In this document: positions 29,933 to 39,787 of the stretch, piece by piece
Numbering within the stretch: position 1 is the first letter of the stretch
How the letters are laid out: the number at the start of each line of letters is the position of its first letter
Source: an uncultured archaeon
GTDB taxonomy: Archaea > Asgardarchaeota > Lokiarchaeia > Sigyniarchaeales > SOKP01
Assembly (NCBI GenBank): GCA_964493715.1
Contig: CAZBPC010000001.1
Span: 105,288-169,287, forward strand
Direction of reading: 5' to 3'
DNA length: 64,000 nt
Notes under the pieces: generated by a model
What the model was told of the DNA's origin: nothing
The model's input: only the letters and a program-made list of their open reading frames with translations
Database searches by the model: none
Program-made: the position numbers and the translations under genes

Positions 29933-32854
29933 TCATTTTTTGAATTTATATATCTTTTTATCTGCTTGCTTTCTTCCAGCCGTGTAGATGATTGTTCCCG
30001 GTACTGAAATGAATCCAATGATGAGACCTACTGCCCATAAAAATTCGCCTTCGGATAGATTGAATTCAGGTGGACTTGGATTCCCAGTTAAAGAAATTTG
30101 CGTTTCTCCCATTAATATCGATTCAGATGCATAACCATCATTTATGTAAATTAATATTCGGTATGAATCCGTATTAAGTGGCGTGTAAAGGAGTGAAAAT
30201 ATCGTATATGTCAAAAAATCCTTCTGAGTAAATTCAATGTTTTTAAAGAACACCTGATCCTTATATATCTCGATATAAGCATGACCTTCAAATAATGGAG
30301 TCTGCCCGGTGCCAAATTTTTGAGACGCGTTGATCGTAATCAATAAGGTCTTAGAAGTATTTGTCCATGACACGCTTTTTATTAATTCATAGTAGGTACT
30401 AATAAAGATCTCTTGAGTAGCTATCTTATCCAAACCTTCATATACAGAGATGTATCCTGAAGCTAAAGGATAACAGGAAGGATCCGCAGGAATGTAAATT
30501 GATTTTTCATAAGTTCCGTCTGGAAGTACATCTAACACACTTGAACCTGCGAATTCGGATTCAAATTTTACAGTGGCATAAGGTCCGAATTTTTCCAATA
30601 CCAGGTTACCTAATTCTACCGATAAATGACAGTATTCACCTAGTAGTATAGGTCCATCTTGAGTCGCATCTATTCGCACATCATCATTTCTTGCCATTTC
30701 AAATATCCATCCAAAAATACATGGCTCTATTTGTTCCCTCTCTGAAGTGAGAAAAAATTGGTTAAATTCGTTCGAATAAATCGACTGGATTAGAGATTGC
30801 GTTTGAGTTATGTTAAATTGAACGGAAAGGTCATATAAACTCGCAATTTTATAGCAATAATAGATATTTTTAATATTAGTATAATTGAGGTTCGCTTCTA
30901 CAAATTGCTGAACTTTTACATGGTTGAGATCCGGCTCTCCTAATGCATTTAGGATATATAATGCTTGATAGGTGTTTTCCAAGGCTTTTTCTAGAGTATT
31001 ATCGTGGAATGGCAATAAATAAATAAAATTAGCAGTTTCTACCAAGCTTCGAGAAATATGGGTAATTAGAGCATCTGCATCCATTAAAAGATCTCGTAAT
31101 GGACCTACATTCAACTCCTTGGTAAGAAGCTCTAAGGACCGAATAGCATTATAGGAGTTCTCGAATACTATAGTTTTTGCTTGCCTTTCGTCAGAAAATA
31201 TCATGTCTTGCACTGACATACAAAATCCCCCGAACAACTGAGATTTAGAGGGATTTAAGTATTGCGCGTTAGTGATCCCATGAATCACGGTACTCAAGTT
31301 TATATCGCTCTTTAGATCATCCATTTTAAATAGTATCTCTAACACGTTTAATGCATCGAGCATCCATTCTAGTGAAAAATAATTTCTCACTTCAGGAATG
31401 ATATTATAATCGCTAAATGTTATAAATTCTATAGGATGGGATCGAAACCATCCCCTAGTAATATCCATATCAGTACTTCCCAAGAATCCATAGCCATCCA
31501 CTGAATCGAAATACTTTATAGTAGCACTAATCCAATCGTATAATTGTTGTATCGGAAGTTCACTTAGACGGTTCATAACATCATAAGAACCTATCAATGA
31601 CTGTAATTGAGCTAATGATTGGTAGTCGTTAGTTAGAGGAGCATATCCTCCTTTTGATTTACAAAAGGAAATAAAAGATGCCACTTGAGCCTTTTCTAAT
31701 AGGCTAAGAGAATTAAGCTCACTCGTTCCTTCTAAAGATCGAACAATCTCAAAAGTATCAATGAGTTCATGATAAGGAACCGTGCTGGATGATACCCATC
31801 CTCCCAAGTGAGTTCTTCCGTCCAATATGAATGAGATTAATTGAGTTCTGTCAATTCCTGTAAATCCCATTATATCAGATAATTCCAATCCGATTGCACT
31901 AGCTACGATATTACTTTCATTGAGTGGATATGGAAATTGAGATACAGAGAAAAAATTCTTGTCTGAATCGTATAATGCTTCCAAATAACCATAAAAATCT
32001 TGTATGTCGATAGTTTGTTCCATTCCAAGCACTTCCAATGACTTTATTGCATAAAACGATGAACGTAAGTTAGGATCAAATGCATCAATAGAATTAAAGG
32101 ATATGTCCAGATCATTATAAAACCCCCCACTCCCGGCTTGTAATGAATTTAAGTACACTATCAGATCATCTATCACATTTTGATAGGGCGTCCAATCGCT
32201 CAATAACATATCTAAAGTGATGAGCGCATAGTAGGTATTATCGGCAGTTGATATTAAATATTTTGGCTCTAAATTCATGTCAAAGGGTCTTCCAATGAAC
32301 CCTGAAGTGATGGGATTATAACAGCTCCAGATAAAATCAATGAGTTTCTGGGAATCAATCGATCCTAATTGATATAGCATGTTCAGGGAAAGAAGTCCGT
32401 AGCAGGTGACTTCAAGCACGCTGGTCAAGGGATAAAATTTTTCCTCAAAATCGACATCCAAGTATCTATAAGTTGTATCATCAATGAAGCAAGAGTTCAA
32501 CGGCATGCAATGACTCATTATATATTGTCCAACTGCAACTTCATCCACTTGCGAAAGTTTTCCAAGAGCCCGTAATGTAGAAAGTGCTTGATATGTAGCT
32601 TGAAGGGTAGGTTGGTAATAACTTGAGAAGTAACCATTAGCATTATATTCAGCCGTCTTTTCGGTCAAAATATCCTCCAGAAATTCCATAGTAGCATCAG
32701 AAGTGAGAGGAGAGAACTCTTGCTGGTCAAATGAGGAATATTTACCCCGCCCAACTGATTGTTGCCCCGCTACATTGTAAAAGATTGAAAATAAGAGTGT
32801 ACAAATGGTACATATCAACAATAGACCCATGCTTACCTTCATGTATAATTTCAT
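29933..32854 (-). CDS. Surface-anchored prenyltransferase/squalene-cyclase-repeat (alpha/alpha toroid) protein
   Basis: Signal peptide; repeated GGF/GF...TYYA...L..L units; C-terminal beta region, TM helix and basic tail. Confidence 0.7.
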   Translation of the reverse strand: MKLYMKVSMGLLLICTICTLLFSIFYNVAGQQSVGRGKYSSFDQQEFSPLTSDATMEFLEDILTEKTAEYNANGYFSSYYQPTLQATYQALSTLRALGKLSQVDEVAVGQYIMSHCMPLNSCFIDDTTYRYLDVDFEEKFYPLTSVLEVTCYGLLSLNMLYQLGSIDSQKLIDFIWSCYNPITSGFIGRPFDMNLEPKYLISTADNTYYALITLDMLLSDWTPYQNVIDDLIVYLNSLQAGSGGFYNDLDISFNSIDAFDPNLRSSFYAIKSLEVLGMEQTIDIQDFYGYLEALYDSDKNFFSVSQFPYPLNESNIVASAIGLELSDIMGFTGIDRTQLISFILDGRTHLGGWVSSSTVPYHELIDTFEIVRSLEGTSELNSLSLLEKAQVASFISFCKSKGGYAPLTNDYQSLAQLQSLIGSYDVMNRLSELPIQQLYDWISATIKYFDSVDGYGFLGSTDMDITRGWFRSHPIEFITFSDYNIIPEVRNYFSLEWMLDALNVLEILFKMDDLKSDINLSTVIHGITNAQYLNPSKSQLFGGFCMSVQDMIFSDERQAKTIVFENSYNAIRSLELLTKELNVGPLRDLLMDADALITHISRSLVETANFIYLLPFHDNTLEKALENTYQALYILNALGEPDLNHVKVQQFVEANLNYTNIKNIYYCYKIASLYDLSVQFNITQTQSLIQSIYSNEFNQFFLTSEREQIEPCIFGWIFEMARNDDVRIDATQDGPILLGEYCHLSVELGNLVLEKFGPYATVKFESEFAGSSVLDVLPDGTYEKSIYIPADPSCYPLASGYISVYEGLDKIATQEIFISTYYELIKSVSWTNTSKTLLITINASQKFGTGQTPLFEGHAYIEIYKDQVFFKNIEFTQKDFLTYTIFSLLYTPLNTDSYRILIYINDGYASESILMGETQISLTGNPSPPEFNLSEGEFLWAVGLIIGFISVPGTIIYTAGRKQADKKIYKFKK

Positions 32855-32901
32855 TTTTGTAACCTAAAAATATTGCATTTAACCCTAACTGAATCTATAA
32901 G

Positions 32902-32917
32902 TATTTAAATAAAAAAA
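32902..32917 (-). promoter_or_regulatory. T-tract/TATA promoter
   Basis: TTTTTTTATTTAAATA upstream of 32854. Confidence 0.55.
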
Positions 32918-33083
32918 GAAAAAAACTCTCAACATTACTTAAATTAATGTTATCTAATCAGATTATGTTTAATCCTAATTTTGATAAGAAAAAGCGAAAA
33001 AATGGAAAACCCGATTGACACATGAAAAATAAGGTAAAAATAGAAAGAGTAAAAAATGTCAGTCTCCAATTGGAGACCAATCA

Positions 33084-34313
33084 TCATGGTCCTACCACCT
33101 GCAGGGGGGGACCTTTTGGATAATAGTAATTACGCACCTTGATGGTAATCTTCTCGCTACCCGGTGTTCCTAACGGAATGATCATTTTTGAACTGGAAAA
33201 CTCGTGTTCATAATCTATTGGTGATTTATTTAATAAAATAAATGATCCTAAATTGGTTCTAACAGCATGCAAGTAATATTCAAAGCTTTCATGAGGATTA
33301 AAGATTTTCTGAGCGGCCCCCAATTTAACCTCCATTAGCGATTGAACCAAGGGCATCTCCTCCTCTTGCTCAATTAACCCGAACTTGATCATGATTTTCC
33401 GGAGCAGTTCAGATGATTTCACCAAGCTTTTAAACCCTTCCACTCGCAAGTGATTGAACACATTCTGTTCCACTTGATGTTGAATGGTACTCATTTGTAT
33501 CCCAAGATGAGAGCAAATAGTATTTACTTTTAATCGTTTCTGCTTGTCACATAACGCAACAATGCTACAAACGACCCCAGCAATAACATCATCTTTCGTG
33601 CATTTAATAGTTTCCCAGAAAGTGTACATTATTCTTTTAGCGGTATCGTAAAACTCCATGTTCATTCCAAATTGTTCTGTTATCTGTAATATTTTTTGTA
33701 GAATGTAATTCTTCCGATCTCGCTTTTGGTAATACGGGATAAAGTTCTTCACTTGGAGCTTGAAGGCGTTAAATTCTTTCTTGGTTATTCGGGAAATCTC
33801 AAGGAGTTCTTGTTCATTAATCCCCTTGCAATTTAGCTTAAAATGAAGGTAAATGGTAATTGGTACCAACTTCTCCGGACTCCTGAATTTCGTTCCAGGT
33901 TGTAACACTTTTCTAATGGCACTAAATTGTTTGAAAATCGGTTGTAATTCAGATAATGGAAGGGCTAAACCTGATAAGATCCTCCTAATCTCTTTTTGAG
34001 CTTTAATCTTCACGTCTTCCTCACGATCTCGCTCTGAATCAAGTTTTTGCCATTTTTGCAATTGAACTGATTGAGCTTTGGTAACTCGTTCTTTATAAAA
34101 TCCTATTTGAGTTTTTCCACGAGGAGCGTTTTGAATTACGGCTTCATCATAAGGATGATGGTATTCAAAGACTAAACTTGAGAGAATTATTCCACAATTC
34201 GCACATACGTACCCTTCCCGGGTTTGTTTGATGTCCGTGGAATTGCACGCATCACAAGCGGAAATATCATTGTCTACTGAATACTCTTCTTGCTGCCATT
34301 TTTTTATTACCAT
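33084..34313 (-). CDS. Divergent TFB/TFIIB paralogue
   Basis: Zn ribbon CDAC...YVCANCG; cyclin repeat 1 (AQKEIRRILSGLALP...PITIYL); cyclin repeat 2 (FYDTAKRI...IAGVVCSIVAL); C-terminal extension. Confidence 0.8.
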   Translation of the reverse strand: MVIKKWQQEEYSVDNDISACDACNSTDIKQTREGYVCANCGIILSSLVFEYHHPYDEAVIQNAPRGKTQIGFYKERVTKAQSVQLQKWQKLDSERDREEDVKIKAQKEIRRILSGLALPLSELQPIFKQFSAIRKVLQPGTKFRSPEKLVPITIYLHFKLNCKGINEQELLEISRITKKEFNAFKLQVKNFIPYYQKRDRKNYILQKILQITEQFGMNMEFYDTAKRIMYTFWETIKCTKDDVIAGVVCSIVALCDKQKRLKVNTICSHLGIQMSTIQHQVEQNVFNHLRVEGFKSLVKSSELLRKIMIKFGLIEQEEEMPLVQSLMEVKLGAAQKIFNPHESFEYYLHAVRTNLGSFILLNKSPIDYEHEFSSSKMIIPLGTPGSEKITIKVRNYYYPKGPPLQVVGP

Positions 34314-35086
34314 TTAATAACCACTTATTTTAATATTTTTTAGTCGATCTAGTCGACCACAATTTTATATTGCATGAGTTTGATTTTTGAACCTTATCTT
34401 TCTCACTTTTTGTCACTCGGATCACTAATTCTAAAGGGATCATAATAAATTTTCATAAAAAATTGGAGAGATAGAAAACAAAAATATTAAAATTGTTTAA
34501 TAATCTTTATAATTAAGAAGAAGAGAGGAGAGATAGAAAAATCGAACTTGAAAATATATTTCACTGATTTCATTTCGTGGATCACCCCCAAAAATAACTC
34601 GTGAAGAAGTAGACGCACATCGATGTTATTTCTTAAATTGACTCCAATAATGAAAAAGAATAGCTTTCTCATTATCTATCTAAATGAGGAAACAGTTTAC
34701 TTTGGTTGATTATCACACATGCTCTCATTTTTTAATTTTGCTTCCTCAAATCCCTTTTCATGCGTGCTACTCTTTATTTTTAAGAACTTATTTAAACTCA
34801 ACTAAACTTTAAAAATTTGAGTTACTCCTTTTTAAGGTTATTATTATTTTATAATGTAATATAGATTGGAGATATGAATTTTCCATCAAGTCGATGTAGA
34901 ATTGCAAAAGTCAAAAAAATCATAGAGCAGTATCTTAATGCCCTAAAAAAAGGATCCTAAAATATTTTTCACATTATTAGGTGGATGTAAAATTCAGTAG
35001 TTATAAGACCCAAATTAATGGCGTGTTTTTTGTAAAATAAAATTTCCTAAAAAGTTTATAACTATTTAGCTTCTTTTGATTACACG

Positions 35087-35692
35087 GTGATTATATTAAT
35101 AATAAAAAATAGGAAACTTTCAGAAAAAGAGCTTTCACAAATTTTTAACGTGGTAAAACATCCATTGCGGAGAGGGATTCTTAAACTTTTATCTAATAGT
35201 CCACAATCTTATACAATGATTTTGAAAAGCCTTGAGATTCCTGAAAGCAGCATTTTAAACTATCATTTAAGAGAAATGGACGATTTATTGATTAACAAAG
35301 ATGATTGTGGAAAATACATATTAAACGAAATCGGAGAAATTTGTGTGCAACTTATACTTAGAGTCAAGGAAAAAGAGGATATTCATAGTATCAATAAACT
35401 TCAGTTAATGGTAGAAAAATTAAAATCAACATTATTTTGGATTCAAATAGTATTCTTACCACTTTTAGTTATTTTAGCATTAGAACTCTATATGCTAAAT
35501 ATTATTAATTTTGGATCTATTCTTGAAATTTTTACTTCAAGTGTGATTTTTAGTACAATATTTGGAACTAGTTTCATCATAATTAATAAAGAATTGGGCA
35601 TTACCTTAGAAAAGAAAGAGAAAATCGGAAATTATTCCATATTATTTACCGTTTGGATACTGGTTCAAACAATATTCACTCTTATATGGTAA
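35087..35692 (+). CDS. ArsR-like winged-helix protein fused to three TM helices
   Basis: KHPLRRGILKLL...SYTMILKSL...LNYHLREM...KYILNEIG, then a hydrophobic C-terminal half. Confidence 0.7.
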   Translation: MIILIIKNRKLSEKELSQIFNVVKHPLRRGILKLLSNSPQSYTMILKSLEIPESSILNYHLREMDDLLINKDDCGKYILNEIGEICVQLILRVKEKEDIHSINKLQLMVEKLKSTLFWIQIVFLPLLVILALELYMLNIINFGSILEIFTSSVIFSTIFGTSFIIINKELGITLEKKEKIGNYSILFTVWILVQTIFTLIW

Positions 35693-35721
35693 TTAGTTAT
35701 TTTTTAATTAAAGGGTTCCAA

Positions 35722-35750
35722 TTTTTTGTTTAAATAGAAATGCATGATAA
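35722..35750 (+). promoter_or_regulatory. T-tract/TATA promoter of the 45-aa ORF
   Basis: TTTTTTGTTTAAATAGAAATGCATGATA, nearly identical to 43871-43899. Confidence 0.65.
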
Positions 35751-35784
35751 TCCTCAATAGGAATTAATTTGAGGTATACATGAA

Positions 35785-35922
35785 ATGGAAGTTGAATTTG
35801 CAATATTAATTGAAGAAATGAGAAGTGAAGAACCTTTTGATTATGCTGCGTTTTTTGATTATTCTCGATTCTTACCTCCTGGAGAATTGAGTCTCTCAAA
35901 AGACAGTAATATCGTCTGGTAA
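35785..35922 (+). CDS. Small 45-aa protein missed by the ORF track (MEVEFAILIEEMRSEEPFDYAAFFDYSRFLPPGELSLSKDSNIVW)
   Basis: GAGGT SD at 35771, a T-tract/TTTAAATA promoter at 35722 and a T-run directly after the TAA stop. Confidence 0.55.
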   Translation: MEVEFAILIEEMRSEEPFDYAAFFDYSRFLPPGELSLSKDSNIVW

Positions 35923-35942
35923 TTTTTTTTTTAATATTCTAA

Positions 35943-35959
35943 TTTTTTTTATTTAAAAA
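35943..35959 (+). promoter_or_regulatory. T-tract/TATA promoter of the protease-RadB-like operon
   Basis: TTTTTTTTATTTAAAAA. Confidence 0.5.
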
Positions 35960-36011
35960 TAACGAGTGGCTTCTTCTTGCAGAATATAAATAAGAAAAAG
36001 TCAAAAAAAAA

Positions 36012-36770
36012 ATGTACTTATCGATAAGTATTTGGCTCTGGTTTCTCGGCATATGGGTAGTATCGCAAGCCACAAAATCGGTTCTGAGTCGTTCAAGGGG
36101 ATTAATTCGTGGTATTTTTAACATCCTCTTTTTTTTCGGAGTGTTTGTTCATGAATTCAGCCATCTGATGTTTTGTTTCATATTACGCGTCCCAACCAAC
36201 GGAATGAAATTTCAATTCTGGGATAGAAGAATCGGAATGGTAAATCCTGCAGGTTCCGTGGGTTTACCAGAATTCCCTCGGATGTCAATGATGCAAGCTT
36301 TAATGGTGGGTATTGCACCATTATTTGTATCCACTTTCTTATTCATGGGATGCTTAGATCTGATTTTCACGTTTGAAACAACTTTTGAAATTCAATTGTT
36401 CATAATTATTCTTGCGATTTCCATAATCTGTACAGCAGCTCCTTCTGGAGTAGATATCTCGAATATTCTTGACGCTGCAGCTGGAGATCCTCTTCAATCG
36501 TTCCTTCAATTTTTATATGCGGGTGCATCCTTAATGATCAGTATTTATATCGTGGATTTATCGGGCATTATATTGCCTTTAGAAGTGCTGTATTACATAT
36601 CATACTTTACGCTTACAATTATCATTTACTTATTAATTATCCTTATAGTTAGGATGATAAGAGCATCTTTTAGACGTGCATTTCCTACCGACAGTTATTC
36701 TTCACAGCAAGTACTGCGAAAGAGGCATAAACCTAAAAAACCACCAAAACATGAGGAGGGGAGTTGGTAA
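36012..36770 (+). CDS. Membrane zinc metalloprotease (M50-like/DUF3267)
   Basis: GVFVHEFSH (HExxH), VGIAPL, APSGVD, multiple TM helices. Confidence 0.75.
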   Translation: MYLSISIWLWFLGIWVVSQATKSVLSRSRGLIRGIFNILFFFGVFVHEFSHLMFCFILRVPTNGMKFQFWDRRIGMVNPAGSVGLPEFPRMSMMQALMVGIAPLFVSTFLFMGCLDLIFTFETTFEIQLFIIILAISIICTAAPSGVDISNILDAAAGDPLQSFLQFLYAGASLMISIYIVDLSGIILPLEVLYYISYFTLTIIIYLLIILIVRMIRASFRRAFPTDSYSSQQVLRKRHKPKKPPKHEEGSW

Positions 36771-37114
36771 ATATGAAAGGGATGTGTTTAATAGTTATTG
36801 GATTGGCTTTTTTTATGGTTTATCAAACCAATCCAATGGGAACACTCATTATTGCTGGAGTGATTCTCGCTGGCTATGCGTATATCAAATCTAGAAAGAA
36901 AGGCAGTTCAAGGAGAAAAGGGGTATTTTTTGGGAAGGGAGTGAGATCGATGCAAGAAAATTCTCCAATTAATGAAATCATGACAATGTTTTTAGTCCAG
37001 CAGATTTTGGATAAAAATCGTGAGAAACTATCATCTTCAGAATCTCAAGAAAAGGATCAAGAAATATTGGAATTGGAACAAAAGAAGCGAGAAATCCTGT
37101 CCCTATTGGAGTGA
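36764..37114 (+). CDS. Small membrane protein with coiled-coil tail
   Basis: Two N-terminal TM helices, basic patch, C-terminal coiled coil; overlaps the upstream gene. Confidence 0.6.
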   Translation: MVNMKGMCLIVIGLAFFMVYQTNPMGTLIIAGVILAGYAYIKSRKKGSSRRKGVFFGKGVRSMQENSPINEIMTMFLVQQILDKNREKLSSSESQEKDQEILELEQKKREILSLLE

Positions 37115-37122
37115 AATGAATA

Positions 37123-37827
37123 ATGATGAATGTATTATCCTTACTCGAAAATAATTTGAATGAGAGAGGTCAAATTATCTCCATTTCTGGTTCCTCAGGA
37201 ACGGGAAAAACGACTCTTGCGCTTCAAATTGTTGCGGAATCATTGACTGCTAAGGTTCCATTTGAAGAACAATGTTTGTGGATACAAGCAAGTGAAGGCT
37301 TTCCAAAAAAACGACTGGAATCAATGTTACGATCTGAACCCTCAACCCTGAATTTCTTGTTGAAAAACACGTTTATCGTGCCATCAAGGAATGTCTTTCA
37401 TGATTTTGATGAACAATCCAAATCGTTACGTGATATTCCTTTACAATATTTACCCCCTGAGATTAAATTTATAGTTATTGATAACATCTCTCATCATTTA
37501 AGATACCGAATAGCTGAAGTAAATGATTTTGCAGGTCGGTCTAAGATTATAAACAGATTTTTTGATGAGATCTTATTTCCTCTCATCATGTTTTGTAAGA
37601 GAACTCAGATTCATCTCATTTTGATTCATGAAGTATCACAAGATCCTGAAACCGGAAAAACTAGATCATTTTATCATAAATTATTCGACAGAATTCAAGA
37701 TATATCAATCACTTTAACTCGACCAGGTTATAGTAACTTGAGATCTCAGATGCAAGTCGAATTTGGTGAGGAGCAACTTATAAAATCTTATATATTGGAT
37801 GATATAGGATTAGTCCTAACTACTTAA
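37123..37827 (+). CDS. RadB/Rad51-paralogue-like RecA-fold ATPase
   Basis: GQIISISGSSGTGKTT, WIQASEGFPKKRL, IVIDNIS, LILIHEV; no N-terminal HhH domain. Confidence 0.78.
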   Translation: MMNVLSLLENNLNERGQIISISGSSGTGKTTLALQIVAESLTAKVPFEEQCLWIQASEGFPKKRLESMLRSEPSTLNFLLKNTFIVPSRNVFHDFDEQSKSLRDIPLQYLPPEIKFIVIDNISHHLRYRIAEVNDFAGRSKIINRFFDEILFPLIMFCKRTQIHLILIHEVSQDPETGKTRSFYHKLFDRIQDISITLTRPGYSNLRSQMQVEFGEEQLIKSYILDDIGLVLTT

Positions 37828-37919
37828 TTCTTCTCTTCGGAGACATAATTTTTCTAATTAACCCTTATTAAGTCCTTTTTAACTGCACTTAAAGGAAAAA
37901 AAAATTTCAAGGATCTATC

Positions 37920-37945
37920 TTTTTCTTTAAATATGCTGGATGATA
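37920..37945 (+). promoter_or_regulatory. T-tract/TATA promoter
   Basis: TTTTTCTTTAAATATGCTGGATGATA, TATA 22 nt before ATG 37956. Confidence 0.65.
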
Positions 37946-37955
37946 TTTATGTTAC

Positions 37956-38333
37956 ATGTCAAGCCATCATGATTCTGATACCAATGATACCAATTCGGTC
38001 GTGATATGTTCAGTGTGTCATTCAGAGATTATTGATCTAGTCGGAGTATATCAGTCACCAGTAAATTTTGCAGTCGTGTGTAAAAAATGTTTGACTCGAT
38101 TTACGCGCAATGACATCGAGATGATGATCGGTCTCTTTTTTTTATATGGAGGTTATTTTGGTAAATTAAAAAATAGAACTTTCTCGTTAAATAAAGTGCT
38201 TTCAAGCATGGATATGCCTATTAACAAGGAAGAAGTTGAAGAGATGAATCAAAGGCTAATGCATCAAGCGTTAATTCACGGGCTCAGGCCATTTGAATTC
38301 AACAAAAAACTTGCTCTTTATACTGGTTATTAG
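37956..38333 (+). CDS. Zinc-finger hypothetical protein
   Basis: CSVC...VCKKC; own T-tract/TATA promoter. Confidence 0.6.
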   Translation: MSSHHDSDTNDTNSVVICSVCHSEIIDLVGVYQSPVNFAVVCKKCLTRFTRNDIEMMIGLFFLYGGYFGKLKNRTFSLNKVLSSMDMPINKEEVEEMNQRLMHQALIHGLRPFEFNKKLALYTGY

Positions 38334-38377
38334 TGAATGATATAACTTTTTTGATATGAAATCAATATTTTATAGAA

Positions 38378-38391
38378 TTTTTTATTTAAAA
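38378..38391 (+). promoter_or_regulatory. T-tract/TATA promoter of radA
   Basis: TTTTTTATTTAAAA. Confidence 0.5.
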
Positions 38392-38455
38392 GCTTTTGAA
38401 TTAATTTCACCCTAAATTGAAATTTATAATAAAAATAGCATAAAAATGAAATATC

Positions 38456-39709
38456 ATGGCAGAATTGGATTTAGTAAAAAATATTAATGCCAGGCAGATC
38501 AAGCTCTTGCAAGAAAACGGTATCAGCAGCGCAGAAGCGTTGGCAATGTCCCCACACACCATAATAAGCGAAATCGATGGACTTGGGGAAAAGACGGCAA
38601 AAAAGCTCATTTGGAATGCTCGAAATGCATTAGGAATGAGCGAATTTATCACTGCTGAAGATATTGATGAGAACACCGAATACATCACGACCGGTTCAGC
38701 CGAATTGAACCGAATACTTGGAGGGGGTTTTCAAACTGGAAAACTTACCGAAGTTTACGGTCCCTTCAAATCTGGGAAAACTAATTTAGCTCACACGATT
38801 TCAGTTTCCGTCCAATTACCGAAAAATAAAGGAGGATTAGGAGCTAAAGTAGCATATATTGATACGGAGAATACTTTTTCTAAAGAGAAAATTAAACGGA
38901 TTGCCAAAAGATTCGGGGTGGATCCAAAAAAAGTACTTTCTGGCATCTTTCATGCTAGGATTTTTAGTTCTGATCATCAAGCTCAAATGATTAGTAAAGC
39001 TGAAACACTTTGCAAGACGCGCGGAGTTCGTCTCATCATTATGGATTCCCTAATGGCACTCATGCGGGCTGAATTCGTTGGAATTGGAATGCTCGCTAGG
39101 AGACAAAGCGTGCTTAATAATATGATCCACGCTCTTTCTAGAATTGCAGAAACTTACAATTGTGCTGTCCTACTCACTAACCAAGTTGCCACCAAAATGA
39201 TGGGTATGTTCTCAAGTGATGATGCAATCGGTGGAAACATCATAGCGCACGGGTGTCACTTCAGGGTAATGTTCAAAACCAAGGGATTCTCCTCCAATAA
39301 TTCATTAAAACGAAGAGCTATCATCGTGGATGCCCCAGATCTTGCACCAGAAGAAGTCGAATTTTACATTACAAGCGTGGGTATTGCTGATACAGAAAAC
39401 GCTGAATTACCCAAAGGAGATACGACCGGATTTGAAGTTCCTTCATTATACGAAGAGGTTGATGATGATGAAATCGAGACTTCTATCACCCCTGATACAC
39501 CTTCTGAAAGAGAGAGCGATGAAGAAAACCTTACATCTGTAAAGGGAATCGGAGCCGGTATGGCTGTTCAACTTAAGAAAGCAGGAATTAATTCGGTTAA
39601 CGAGTTAATATCTGCCCAACCGGAAGAAATCGCTTTAAAAGTGAGCGGTGCATCATTGAAAAAGGTTCAAGAATGGCAGGGCAATGCGAAGGGCATGGTC
39701 CAAATATAA
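38456..39709 (+). CDS. radA: RadA/Rad51 recombinase (divergent) with extra C-terminal HhH domain
   Basis: N-terminal HhH, FITA polymerisation motif, TTGS..L..ILGGG, GPFKSGKT, YIDTENTF, DSL, TNQV, IGGNIIAH; acidic linker then NLTSVKGIG. Confidence 0.9.
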   Translation: MAELDLVKNINARQIKLLQENGISSAEALAMSPHTIISEIDGLGEKTAKKLIWNARNALGMSEFITAEDIDENTEYITTGSAELNRILGGGFQTGKLTEVYGPFKSGKTNLAHTISVSVQLPKNKGGLGAKVAYIDTENTFSKEKIKRIAKRFGVDPKKVLSGIFHARIFSSDHQAQMISKAETLCKTRGVRLIIMDSLMALMRAEFVGIGMLARRQSVLNNMIHALSRIAETYNCAVLLTNQVATKMMGMFSSDDAIGGNIIAHGCHFRVMFKTKGFSSNNSLKRRAIIVDAPDLAPEEVEFYITSVGIADTENAELPKGDTTGFEVPSLYEEVDDDEIETSITPDTPSERESDEENLTSVKGIGAGMAVQLKKAGINSVNELISAQPEEIALKVSGASLKKVQEWQGNAKGMVQI

Positions 39710-39787
39710 ATCAAATTGCGTTTTTTTTAATATCTTTATTTTATTCCTGAAAAAAAGTATTAATAGCATATTAGTTTCTTTGTAGTT

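Noticed and set aside
34487-34672. 61-aa ORF upstream of the TFB paralogue
   Set aside because: Low-complexity translation of AT-rich intergenic DNA with no supporting signals.
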